Shown here one piece after another: positions 20,708 to 29,274 of a stretch of DNA of 47,006 nucleotides. Source of the stretch: Oligoflexia bacterium (lineage in GTDB: Bacteria > Bdellovibrionota > UBA1018); NCBI GenBank assembly GCA_043732485.1, contig JAYTHP010000019.1, forward strand, positions 1 to 47,006. The letters are read 5' to 3'. Numbering within the stretch: position 1 is the stretch's first letter; every line of letters starts with the position of its first letter. The notes beneath the pieces were generated by a model. That model was not told the origin of the DNA. It saw only the letters and a program-made list of their open reading frames with translations, and did no database searches. The position numbers were made by a program, and so were the translations under genes.

Positions 20708-21711
20708 TTTTAAATCCTGAAATTAACTTAACCTTAAGACCGATGCGTTATCCCCAGTTTTTCAAGCTCTATAAGGACTCCGTCCGCAACACCTGGACCA
20801 CCGATGAGCTGGATTTCTCCACTGATTTTGAGCACCTACGCGATAAAGTCACCCCCCAAGAAGCACACTTAATTAAGCGCTTAGTAGCTTTTTTTGCCAC
20901 CGCTGACAATCTGGTCGCGCACAACTTGGTGCTCAACTTCTACAAACACATCAATTCACCTGAGTACCGCATGTTTTTAGGCAAACAACTCTACGACGAA
21001 ATGCTGCACGTCGAGACCTACTTGTTGCTGGTCGATCAATACATCCCAGAAATGAGCGACCGGATGGCAGCTTTTGATGCCTATAAGACCATTCCCTCTG
21101 TCCGCAACAAGGCTAATTTTTGCTTCAAGTACATGGACTCGATCAACACCATTGATCGCCTCGACACGGACGACAAGCGCAAGCAGTTCATTGAGAACTT
21201 GATCTGCTTTGCCACCTGCGTGGAAGGGCTGTTCTTTTTTGGCTCGTTTGCTTACGTCTACTTTCTGCGTAGTCGTGGCTTGCTGCCGGGGCTAGCCACT
21301 GCCACGAACTGGATCTTCCGTGATGAGACCTTGCACATTGAAGGGGCGATGCAGGTGATTGCGGCACTCAGAATAGAGTACCCGCATCTGTTTCACGACG
21401 CGATGCAACAGAAGGTTTACCTCATGATTGAAGAAGCAATCCAAGTGGAGCTGGAGTTCTGTGCGGATGCTTTATCAGAAGGGGTCACAGGGCTATCGAT
21501 CCACTTAATGCGCGAATACCTGGAGCACTGTGCCGACTTACGCTTAGCTCAGTTGGGGTTTGAGAAGAAATACTTCTCCACCAACCCCTTCTCCTTCATG
21601 CTCTTACAAGATGTCCAGCCGCTCACCAACTTTTTTGAAAAACGCGTCACCGAGTATCAAAAAGGTTTTGAAGCCCATCGTAGTGCTGTGGTGTTTGATA
21701 CCGCGTTCTAA
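20704..21711 (+). CDS. nrdB: Ribonucleoside-diphosphate reductase beta subunit (radical Tyr present)
   Basis: FFATAD, DEMLHVETY, EGLFF, RDETLH and NFFEKRVTEY. ATGA overlap with the nrdA stop. Confidence 0.97.
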   Translation: MILNPEINLTLRPMRYPQFFKLYKDSVRNTWTTDELDFSTDFEHLRDKVTPQEAHLIKRLVAFFATADNLVAHNLVLNFYKHINSPEYRMFLGKQLYDEMLHVETYLLLVDQYIPEMSDRMAAFDAYKTIPSVRNKANFCFKYMDSINTIDRLDTDDKRKQFIENLICFATCVEGLFFFGSFAYVYFLRSRGLLPGLATATNWIFRDETLHIEGAMQVIAALRIEYPHLFHDAMQQKVYLMIEEAIQVELEFCADALSEGVTGLSIHLMREYLEHCADLRLAQLGFEKKYFSTNPFSFMLLQDVQPLTNFFEKRVTEYQKGFEAHRSAVVFDTAF

Positions 21712-22009
21712 CGACCAACGCACGACCAAAAAATCTGTGAAAAAAAGCCTTCGAGCAGTAGACTTGAGTGAAAAAAAAGGGCTAGACTACGGCCTTTGAT
21801 CTCAAGCCTGCTGCTCGGGAGCACACTTTAAAGCTACGCCGACAAAACACACCATCTTGCCAGCTCTCAGCCGCGTCTCATGTAGGGTGAGTTTCTTAGA
21901 ACCTAAAGCAAAGAGCAGCAGCGATGACGTCAGGCACGACCCAACAAAAGCCTCCGTAAGAAGCTAACGCGATCAGACTCGCCTCAAGCAAAACAACAGC
22001 CGTTTTCAG

Positions 22010-22600
22010 TTAATTAGGATACTTCAGGTAGTAGATGTCAGGCAGGTTGCGAGCGTATTCTTCCAGGTCCAAGCCGTAGCCGACCAGAAACTGATCATCA
22101 ATCGCTTTGCCGACGTATTTCACCGAGACCTCAACCACTCGCTTGGCGTGCTTATCCAGCAAGGTGACAATCTCCACGGACGCAGGGCCTGCGGCTTGCA
22201 GGCGATCATAAAGGAACTTCAGCGTTCGGCCGCTATCAATGATTTCTTCAACGATTAAGACGTGTTTGCCGCGGATATCGACTTGAATGTCCTGCAGCAT
22301 CGTCACCGTGCCGCTTGAGGTGCGGGCCTTACCGTAACTTGAAAGCCTGACAAATTCTACCTCACAAGAGACTTTGAGCTTGCGCACCAAGTCCGCCACC
22401 AACAAGAGCGCGCCTTTCAAGACGCCGACTAAGACCACTTCTTGACCCTCATAATCCTGATTAATTCTATCAGCCAAGGACTGCACCGCAAGATCAATCT
22501 CCTGACGGGTGAGATACTGGGTGAAATTTTTCTCGTCAATGGACGAGGGAGACGAGGGAGAAGAAGGTCTAGAGGGGAAAGAAGGAGAAAAAGGACCCAT
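22010..22600 (-). CDS. hpt: Hypoxanthine phosphoribosyltransferase
   Basis: VGVLKGA, LSSYG, VLIVEEIIDSGRTL, LLDK and FLVGYGLD..RNLP. Confidence 0.95.
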   Translation of the reverse strand: MGPFSPSFPSRPSSPSSPSSIDEKNFTQYLTRQEIDLAVQSLADRINQDYEGQEVVLVGVLKGALLLVADLVRKLKVSCEVEFVRLSSYGKARTSSGTVTMLQDIQVDIRGKHVLIVEEIIDSGRTLKFLYDRLQAAGPASVEIVTLLDKHAKRVVEVSVKYVGKAIDDQFLVGYGLDLEEYARNLPDIYYLKYPN

Positions 22601-22818
22601 AGAAAATAAGCTCGTGAAGTTTTAGGTTTGATTCAATTCAGCACCAGTCCGACCTGGCCAGCCGCGCGCTATCCCGGCTTGCCAGCGGGAAAAGAATGCT
22701 TTCCGCTTGGCAACAGGCCCAAACGCCCCTACCTTACTCTAAAACACTCTCAACAGGATTCTTAAAAAAGCCTCTCGTCGTCCTTCAAAAAGACCCCAAA
22801 ACGCACCCCTGGCTGCCC

Positions 22819-23013
22819 TTACTTCGGCAAATCAGAAGGCTTTTCAGCGTCCTCAATCTTACGAAACTTTGCTTCTTCCACCCCTGCAAGAGCATCTTTA
22901 AAGTTACGGATGGCTTTTCCCATGGTGTTCCCTAATTCAGGAAGCCGCCTTGGGCCAAAGATCAATAACACAATGCTGAGGATGAGCAGATGCTCGCCTG
23001 ATATTCCAAACAT
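22819..23013 (-). CDS. tatA: Twin-arginine translocase TatA/TatE subunit
   Basis: MFGISGEHLLILSIVLLIFGPRRLPELGNTMGKAIRNFKDA; ATG at 23013. Confidence 0.93.
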   Translation of the reverse strand: MFGISGEHLLILSIVLLIFGPRRLPELGNTMGKAIRNFKDALAGVEEAKFRKIEDAEKPSDLPK

Positions 23014-23216
23014 AACTGCAGTATGGTGCTTTTTGCGGCGCTTGTCAAGACTCGCGAAGTCGGTGATCCTCACAAAGCCTTCAAATCGCAAATTCCCAAA
23101 AAAAGCCCCTGTTCCCTCAAAATCCCCAAGCTCGTGAGATAAAATTTTTGCACTAAGACCGCACCTGGCGCAGTGAGAAACAAGCCTTTTTACTAATGAT
23201 TGAACTGCGCTGATCG

Positions 23217-23791
23217 TCAGGGAACGATCACCTGAAAATATCTCAGCAGCACCGCTTCAAGGCCCTAGATCTTAGCGACCTTTCTAAGCATCGCTTCTGT
23301 CGTCCTGCCTTGACGCAAGGTCTCCCGTGCTGCGGTGACTGCCGTTCGCTCCCCGAGTTTGGTGACAGACCTTAACCTCTCAAGAACGGCGCGCTCAAGC
23401 GTGTGACGATGCGATACCCCTTTCTACTGACCACTCCTTGAACCATCAGGGTCTTCGTTCGGATTAGCTTGTAACCCCTTAATTTTGAGCGCTTTTGCGG
23501 CGAAACCATCAGCCAAACGTGCCCAGGAACCTGCTCGACGCGATGACAATGAAACAGCGCCGAAAGCCCCCTAATAGCAACCTCAGGGCCCAGTTTCGCG
23601 CAAGCGATTTGAAATCCCACATCTCCCTCCAGCTCGCCCTCGGGATGAAGGTAGATTCCATGACCTACTCGCCTCAGCTTTCCTACGGCCACCCAGCGTG
23701 AGAGGGTTTACTGGCTGAGACCCACTGCGCAGGCTTGCGCCAGGGTAAAAACACCGAAGGCTTTGATCTGACCCTCTTGTTCGGCATTCAT
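23217..23791 (-). pseudogene. Disrupted type IV toxin-antitoxin AbiEi-family antitoxin
   Basis: GVFTLAQA..GLSQ*TLSRWVAVGKLRRVGHGIY..LSALFH..YRIV/TLERAVLE..KLGERTA. TAA at 23708-23710, frameshift near 23402, and another TAG near the 3' end. Confidence 0.78.
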
Positions 23792-24046
23792 GGGCTCAAA
23801 ATAGGAGGGGTCACTGCGCTTGTTCAAGCCCTCATGTCATTGCGCACCCTAAAGAACTTAGCGCCCCAGCTCGCGACCCTCACCCATCACAACGCTTCTT
23901 AGCCTTACGCTCATGATCCAAACGCCCCTAGCACGGCTTACCTCCTACTGTCACTTTGCCGCCGCGACTCGCACCCTAGTTTGACGTCGGCCCCACCGTC
24001 CTTGCGCCGAACGCTTCTGGCAGGGCATGTCTGCTCATGAATAAGA

Positions 24047-24087
24047 GTGGTCAATGACATTTTTTAAGACTTAATGTCATTGATCAC
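24047..24087. promoter_or_regulatory. 15-bp inverted repeat, candidate operator
   Basis: GTGGTCAATGACATT-N11-AATGTCATTGATCAC with one mismatch; AT-rich and not followed by a U tract. Confidence 0.45.
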
Positions 24088-24272
24088 CGGAAAATTTTAC
24101 CCTACTTCTGCCTCAACGAGGCTTAAACCTTTGAGGCTTCTCCTCAACCCAATGCCATCAGCAAGGCCGCCAAAAATCAGCCTCCTACTCCTTCAACCAT
24201 CGACCCCGGTATAGCCTAGCACACAACCGACGCTTGCAACTCACGGCGCTTATGAGACAGCCCCCTCGTTGA

Positions 24273-25922
24273 TCACTCAAATTTCAAAGTGCAACCCGGC
24301 GGCGGGGTCGCCTGCCTTAAGCTCCCTGACCGCTGGGGGTGAATCACCCCCAGATCGAGCAGTCTGAGACGAGGCAGACGATCGCGAAAGCGATCGTTGA
24401 AAATCGCAAGCACGTCTTTCTCTGACACCCCACCCTCCGCCTCATCCTCTTCCTCCTCAGTCCCTCGCTGGAGAGCAAGCTCCAGGAGCTGGGGAGTCGG
24501 GTTCAAGTGAGCAAAAAAAGTCCTAAACCCCGTTCCGCTAAGGTGATTTTCCCAAACGTGCAAGAACGTAAGACTCGGAAGCTGGTTTAAGCTTGCCGCC
24601 AAAACCGCTAAACTATTGGTTGATAAGCGATTGCCATCAAGCCTTAAGTGCGCAAGCTTGGGCAAGTGAGCAAACTCGGCGACCAGTGCCGCAACTCCGC
24701 CAATCGCCAGAGAACTGCCCGCGAACCGCAGCTTGGTCAGCTTGGGAAGCAGAGTGAGCGCTCGGGAGAAATCGGCAAACACCTCATCGCTGCAGGCATA
24801 CTCAAAAAAACTCAGGCTCTTCAAACCAGGACAAAGGACGAGATTTTGAGCAAGCGGCCGAAATAACCCGTCGCCCTTCAGGTTATACAAACTCAGCTCA
24901 TCGAACGCGGGAAGTGCCGCAAGCCCACGAAAAAGAACCGCAAGCTCAGCCTCAAGCGGAATCCCTCGGCGACTGGCAACCACGATACCGCTCCGCACCA
25001 ACGCTACTACTCGATGGACCTGCAAGGCCGTTTTGACTTGAGCACGAGGCATCGCTCTCACAAGAGCATTTTCTGCTGCCACCGGCAGATCATCGAACAT
25101 CAAATTAAGATCACTCAGTTGCGTGTGTGGTAACATCCTCGTGAACTCTTCCACTGCTGCTGGATCACGCCAGTCAGCAACCGAGTTACCCATTAAGTTC
25201 AGCGATCGAATGCCGGTATCAGGCAGGACCTGACTCAAGCGAGTGAGTCCTTCCGACTGCAAGTGATTGAAAGACCAATCCAGTTCCACTAACCCTTTTA
25301 AGTGCTGGAACTTCAGCCAGGTGGTCAGTGGGACTTCAAGCCTGGGATTGATGAGATAAATACGTAGCCGATCAAAGCTTTGCGCATCTTCGGAGCAAAG
25401 AAATTGTTCGAGTTCCTGGTGCGATGCCACCGTGAGGAAAAGCGCATTAGAGACATGAGGCAACTTAAGCCCGCGGGAGGGGCTCTGCTGCGCCAGAAAG
25501 CGCTGATACGAGAGGGGCCTGACCTCAGCAAGTAAGTCCTTGCCGCTCAGACGCTTGGCAAATAACGCCACCTTGGACCCTATTAAGGATCCCGTTAAAA
25601 GTTTCATGAGCTGCTTTGAGCTGCAACTCCAACGCTCAAAAGACCTGGTATCAAGCCCGTAACCAATCTTTTGCAACGCATCCGGCTGTAGACTCAGAAA
25701 CCCTGGCACAGCCCGCGGCTGATCTGGATTTGGGCAGGTTGTGTGGCCTGATGTGTGGCCTGATGACGCCCCAAAAGCCTCCTGCTCCTGCGGGGCTGTC
25801 CCAGACGTCGGCTGCTCCCCTGAAGGCAGGGTAGCGTTGGCACCTTGGCTCAGACAAGCAATGACTGCACTGAGTCCAAGCAGCTGGTGAGCTGTTTTCA
25901 TTCGTTTTTTCCCTAATTTCAT
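24273..25922 (-). CDS. Secreted F-box-like / RI-type leucine-rich-repeat protein (paralogue 1)
   Basis: AAGGAG RBS before ATG 25922; signal-like LLGLSAVIACLSQGANA; F-box-like FLSLQPDALQKIGYGL..WSCSSKQL; ~28-aa LRRs such as LAHLRLDGNRLSTNSLAVLAASLNQLPS. Confidence 0.8.
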   Translation of the reverse strand: MKLGKKRMKTAHQLLGLSAVIACLSQGANATLPSGEQPTSGTAPQEQEAFGASSGHTSGHTTCPNPDQPRAVPGFLSLQPDALQKIGYGLDTRSFERWSCSSKQLMKLLTGSLIGSKVALFAKRLSGKDLLAEVRPLSYQRFLAQQSPSRGLKLPHVSNALFLTVASHQELEQFLCSEDAQSFDRLRIYLINPRLEVPLTTWLKFQHLKGLVELDWSFNHLQSEGLTRLSQVLPDTGIRSLNLMGNSVADWRDPAAVEEFTRMLPHTQLSDLNLMFDDLPVAAENALVRAMPRAQVKTALQVHRVVALVRSGIVVASRRGIPLEAELAVLFRGLAALPAFDELSLYNLKGDGLFRPLAQNLVLCPGLKSLSFFEYACSDEVFADFSRALTLLPKLTKLRFAGSSLAIGGVAALVAEFAHLPKLAHLRLDGNRLSTNSLAVLAASLNQLPSLTFLHVWENHLSGTGFRTFFAHLNPTPQLLELALQRGTEEEEDEAEGGVSEKDVLAIFNDRFRDRLPRLRLLDLGVIHPQRSGSLRQATPPPGCTLKFE

Positions 25923-26425
25923 CAGTCTCCTTATCAGCCGCACCCTCGCAGCAAAAAAAATCATCATCCAAAGCGCGCACAGCGCCCTTTGCTGTCCCTT
26001 GAGCTGATCTGTCTGCTCACCCAAGTGTCGCATCCGCTTGCAATCCCCCAAGCCGCAGGAGAAGTAACCAAGAAAAAGCAGCGGTTACAAAGCTCACAGC
26101 AGTCGGGTGATGAGGTGGTCACACCCTAGCTTGCCTCCTCTTAGCAAGTCTAAAGAAAAAGACAAGCTCCGGACGGGCTCGTCCATTAACACAAAAAATA
26201 GATCACTACAAGCGCTAAGGCAAGCCATCGATCAGAAGGCTAATAGCCGGCCCCTGCTCGCACCGGGCCGGTGCTCTTTGCATCACACAATCCCCTCTAG
26301 ATCAGCACGACTAGCAAGGAGGGCTGCATTCATTGACTTGCGTGCGCACTCCCAAACGAACAATTCAGCCAGAGGAAATCCCCTAGCACAAAAAATCCTT
26401 GACATTCAATCGGTAGCCTATCCTT

Positions 26426-26453
26426 GAGTGAACGCTAAAGAGTGAACGCTAAA
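26426..26453. repeat. 14-bp perfect tandem duplication
   Basis: GAGTGAACGCTAAA x2. Confidence 0.9.
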
Positions 26454-27080
26454 TAAAGCGCGCACACCTCCAGCTGCAAGAAGATCACCTTCCCTCTTCA
26501 GCGCGCAAGAGCGCAAGTTTGCGGGATTCACGTTTGCGACTCCCGTTGCATCCTCAAAGCCTCTCAAAAGCCGCTAAAAAGCCTAAGACGACTGCGGGAT
26601 CTTGACTTTACAGCACATAACCCACTCAAGGCTGTCCTAGTGGAGTTATCGCACAGCCTCTTGGGATCAGGCAATTTCCTGGCGCTGCACTGGTCATCAT
26701 TCTCCAGTCAAGTGCGCGCCTGCTTGCCAGTGTTTCAGTCGCCTTGACCCCGCCTACGAGGACACCCGCAAGACAAAGGCCCCCGCGCAATAACATTCAC
26801 CTCTTTTTTCCCAATTCCCTCTTTAGCTGCCAGGTAGAACCACTGGGTAACCGCTCTGGTCTTAACTTTTTTGAAAAGCAACGTCGTGCTTTCTATTTAA
26901 ATTATTGGCGCTACTGAGAAGCTTGGGAAGCAAACTTTTTGACACCCACTGGCTTGAGATTCCAAGAAAGAAAGCGTTGGCGACGTTGGCTATCGGCACA
27001 CGCGGCTGAGCTCAAACCCCTCATTGACTAGTCCTAGCCACTCGAAAGCAGTACAAAAAAATTTAGAAACACCACAATTC

Positions 27081-27111
27081 CTGATGCTCACTGATGCTCA
27101 CTGATGCTCAC
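27081..27111. repeat. 10-bp perfect tandem repeat x3
   Basis: CTGATGCTCA x3 plus C. Confidence 0.92.
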
Positions 27112-27804
27112 CTCTCCCTTTAAAGTTTGGCACTCAAAGTCAAGCGCAACCCGATCGACACGAAGGCCTCACGACCGGATGCCGCTCCTACGAAGGATAA
27201 TCCCCTCATCCACAGTTCCGGTGAGAGGCGAGGCGATTTCCCTACCCGCTCAATTCAATAAGATCAAGACGCTTGCCAAAACACGGCGAAGATTCGCGTA
27301 CGCACGAAAAAGTGAGCTACCACTGTCGGCAGAACCTAGCGCTTTAAGCGAGGAGGACTCTCTGATTAGTGCTGGAACCTCTGCTGGTTTTCTCGATGCC
27401 CTCTTTTGTCAAGCGAGAAAGAGTAAAAGAGAGTTTCCTTCGGCCGTTTGCTTTACTGGATTAGCCAAGACCCTGGAACCCTCAAGCAAGGAGTTGACAT
27501 CAACTGCAAACTCTTTTAGAAGGGCCTTGTACCCACGGGAGCTCAAAAACTTCCGACAGTAGGCGCGTGCCTTTTAGTTTGCTTAATGCTTCTCTTCCTG
27601 CAAGCGAGTGTTTCGCTTTTTGCAAGATGCTTTTTTATGTTGCTTATCTTTGTCTTATCACTGATCAGGTCGCCCACAGCAGACACTTCAGGTATCACTT
27701 CAGGTGTCAAGGACGACGACTAACATTCAAAACAAGGAACACACGATGCAAGAAGCGGAGTCAAAAGAAAACGCAACAACCATCCCATGTAAAGGAGACG
27801 TAAA

Positions 27805-28455
27805 ATGAAAAACAGTGATTGCACCAGAAACAGCTTCCCTTATTTCTCGAAATTCTCGAACCGCGGCCTTAAGACTCTGCCTGCATGCTTGCTGATAACG
27901 ACGCTTGCTTTTGCTCTACCGGCACAATCTTCTCAAGCTCCCAATCCTCAGCAGACTAAAATCCCTACTTCCAGCGCTCAAAAGCTCAGTAGAGAAACGA
28001 TTAAAGCAGACTACCACCCTCTGGTACGTGTCTTACCTACATCCTTTTTGCGCTATCTGAGCTTAAAATTCGATCGTAGAAAAATTCACTGTGCTCGTAC
28101 CTGGTCTGAAAAAACAAGTGAAGATCGCCATTCCTGCAGCACTCCTAGCAGTATCCTCACTACTCAAAACCGCCGTTCAGGCAACACCCTTTTACACCGC
28201 TGTTTAGCCCAAGCTCACGCTTTTGCTGTAAAAAAAAATGGGAGTATTGACTGGAGCAACTGTGAGCTCCTCTTACAGCTGGGCGCTGATCCCTTGATTC
28301 GCAACAAAGCGGGCTTAAGCGCACTTGAACTTGCGCAAAAATTAAGCCTCCTGGATCAGATGCCGCAATCGCTCAGAGACCGGTTAGAGAATCGCGTGAG
28401 CTCGTATCGCTTCCGATTTCAAATCAAGACACCCTCACTCAACCTGAGTCGTTAG
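27805..28455 (+). CDS. Secreted ankyrin-repeat-like protein (short paralogue)
   Basis: AAAGGAG RBS; signal-like LPACLLITTLAFALPAQS; QNRRSGNTLLH...ELLLQLGADPLIRNKAGLSALELA. Confidence 0.8.
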   Translation: MKNSDCTRNSFPYFSKFSNRGLKTLPACLLITTLAFALPAQSSQAPNPQQTKIPTSSAQKLSRETIKADYHPLVRVLPTSFLRYLSLKFDRRKIHCARTWSEKTSEDRHSCSTPSSILTTQNRRSGNTLLHRCLAQAHAFAVKKNGSIDWSNCELLLQLGADPLIRNKAGLSALELAQKLSLLDQMPQSLRDRLENRVSSYRFRFQIKTPSLNLSR

Positions 28456-28639
28456 CGATCGCTCAGTATTTGAGCGGTTTATTTGTTCAGGCATGAAAGG
28501 GCAATGCCTCCCCTAGACCCCTCAAAAGACTAAAGATCATCCGAGCTAGGGCTTTTTTTTACTAAGAAAGCAGCCTGACTACTGACTCTTTTCCTTTTGC
28601 GGGCGGAAGTGAGTGAAACCTGGGCTCCGCATCCTGCGC

Positions 28640-28679
28640 GGTCACCGTAAAAACACCCCTTGCTGTTTTTGCGGTGACC
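28640..28679. other. 16-bp stem-loop in intergenic region
   Basis: GGTCACCGTAAAAACA-N8-TGTTTTTGCGGTGACC, one U-G wobble. Confidence 0.6.
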
Positions 28680-29274
28680 CGCAATGCAAAAGTAGGCTGT
28701 GTGCTCTTGATTGAGTCTGTGCCATTTTAATTTGCGGCTTTTTGTGTCCCCTGTTCGCCCACTCTGCTTTTATTTTGAGTGATGCTTCTTATGTTTAAGC
28801 CTATTTTGGTGATTTTTTTTAACTACTGCAGATCAATCTCCAGCAAAAGAACTTGACATCCCCTTCAAGCTATTCTATAGAGGGTAGCAACAAGAAAAGT
28901 CTCACGCAAAGCTTGCCTTCACAAGACCTTCGAGAGCTTGGCACTTGCTGACTCAGGAACCGCTTGCAGTCGTTGTTAGCAATCTTGAGAAACCGCGGCG
29001 AGAGTGAACGCGGTGCAGAGTCACGTTAGAGCAAGGTGGGCAATGAGCGACACCTTTAAATGGCGGGACGGGATGGCTCAGCGTAAAAACGGCAGTTTAG
29101 TGAAATTTCATCAACGTGACACAGCTCGGCGCCTGAGAGTTACTAAAACCAGTCGGGGGTTAGAAAATCACCCTGACCACCCTCAGCCCGCCCCCAACCT
29201 GAGGAGTGTCACCCCAGTGCCAAGGTCCGAGCGAAACCACCTTGCAAAAACCCCAGCCCCCGGAGGACCCCGCA

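Noticed and set aside
20704..21711. Non-canonical (class Ic or metal-free Ie) RNR beta subunit, or an intein in nrdA
   Set aside because: The Asp ligand, both ExxH motifs and the radical Tyr are present; NrdA length is normal with no intein motifs.
21800..21940. 6S or SRP-like RNA between nrdB and hpt
   Set aside because: Only a 9-bp complementary pair (CTGCTGCTC/GAGCAGCAG); no continuous long hairpin or conserved SRP motif.
24047..24087. dif (XerCD) site
   Set aside because: The spacer is 11 bp rather than 6 and the arms do not match the XerC/XerD consensus.
27081..27111. Possible CRISPR-like array
   Set aside because: Direct 10-bp tandem units with no spacers; no cas genes in the window.
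26107..27803. Track ORFs 26107..26427, 27104..27562 and 27567..27803
   Set aside because: No RBS, motif or typical composition; likely spurious.
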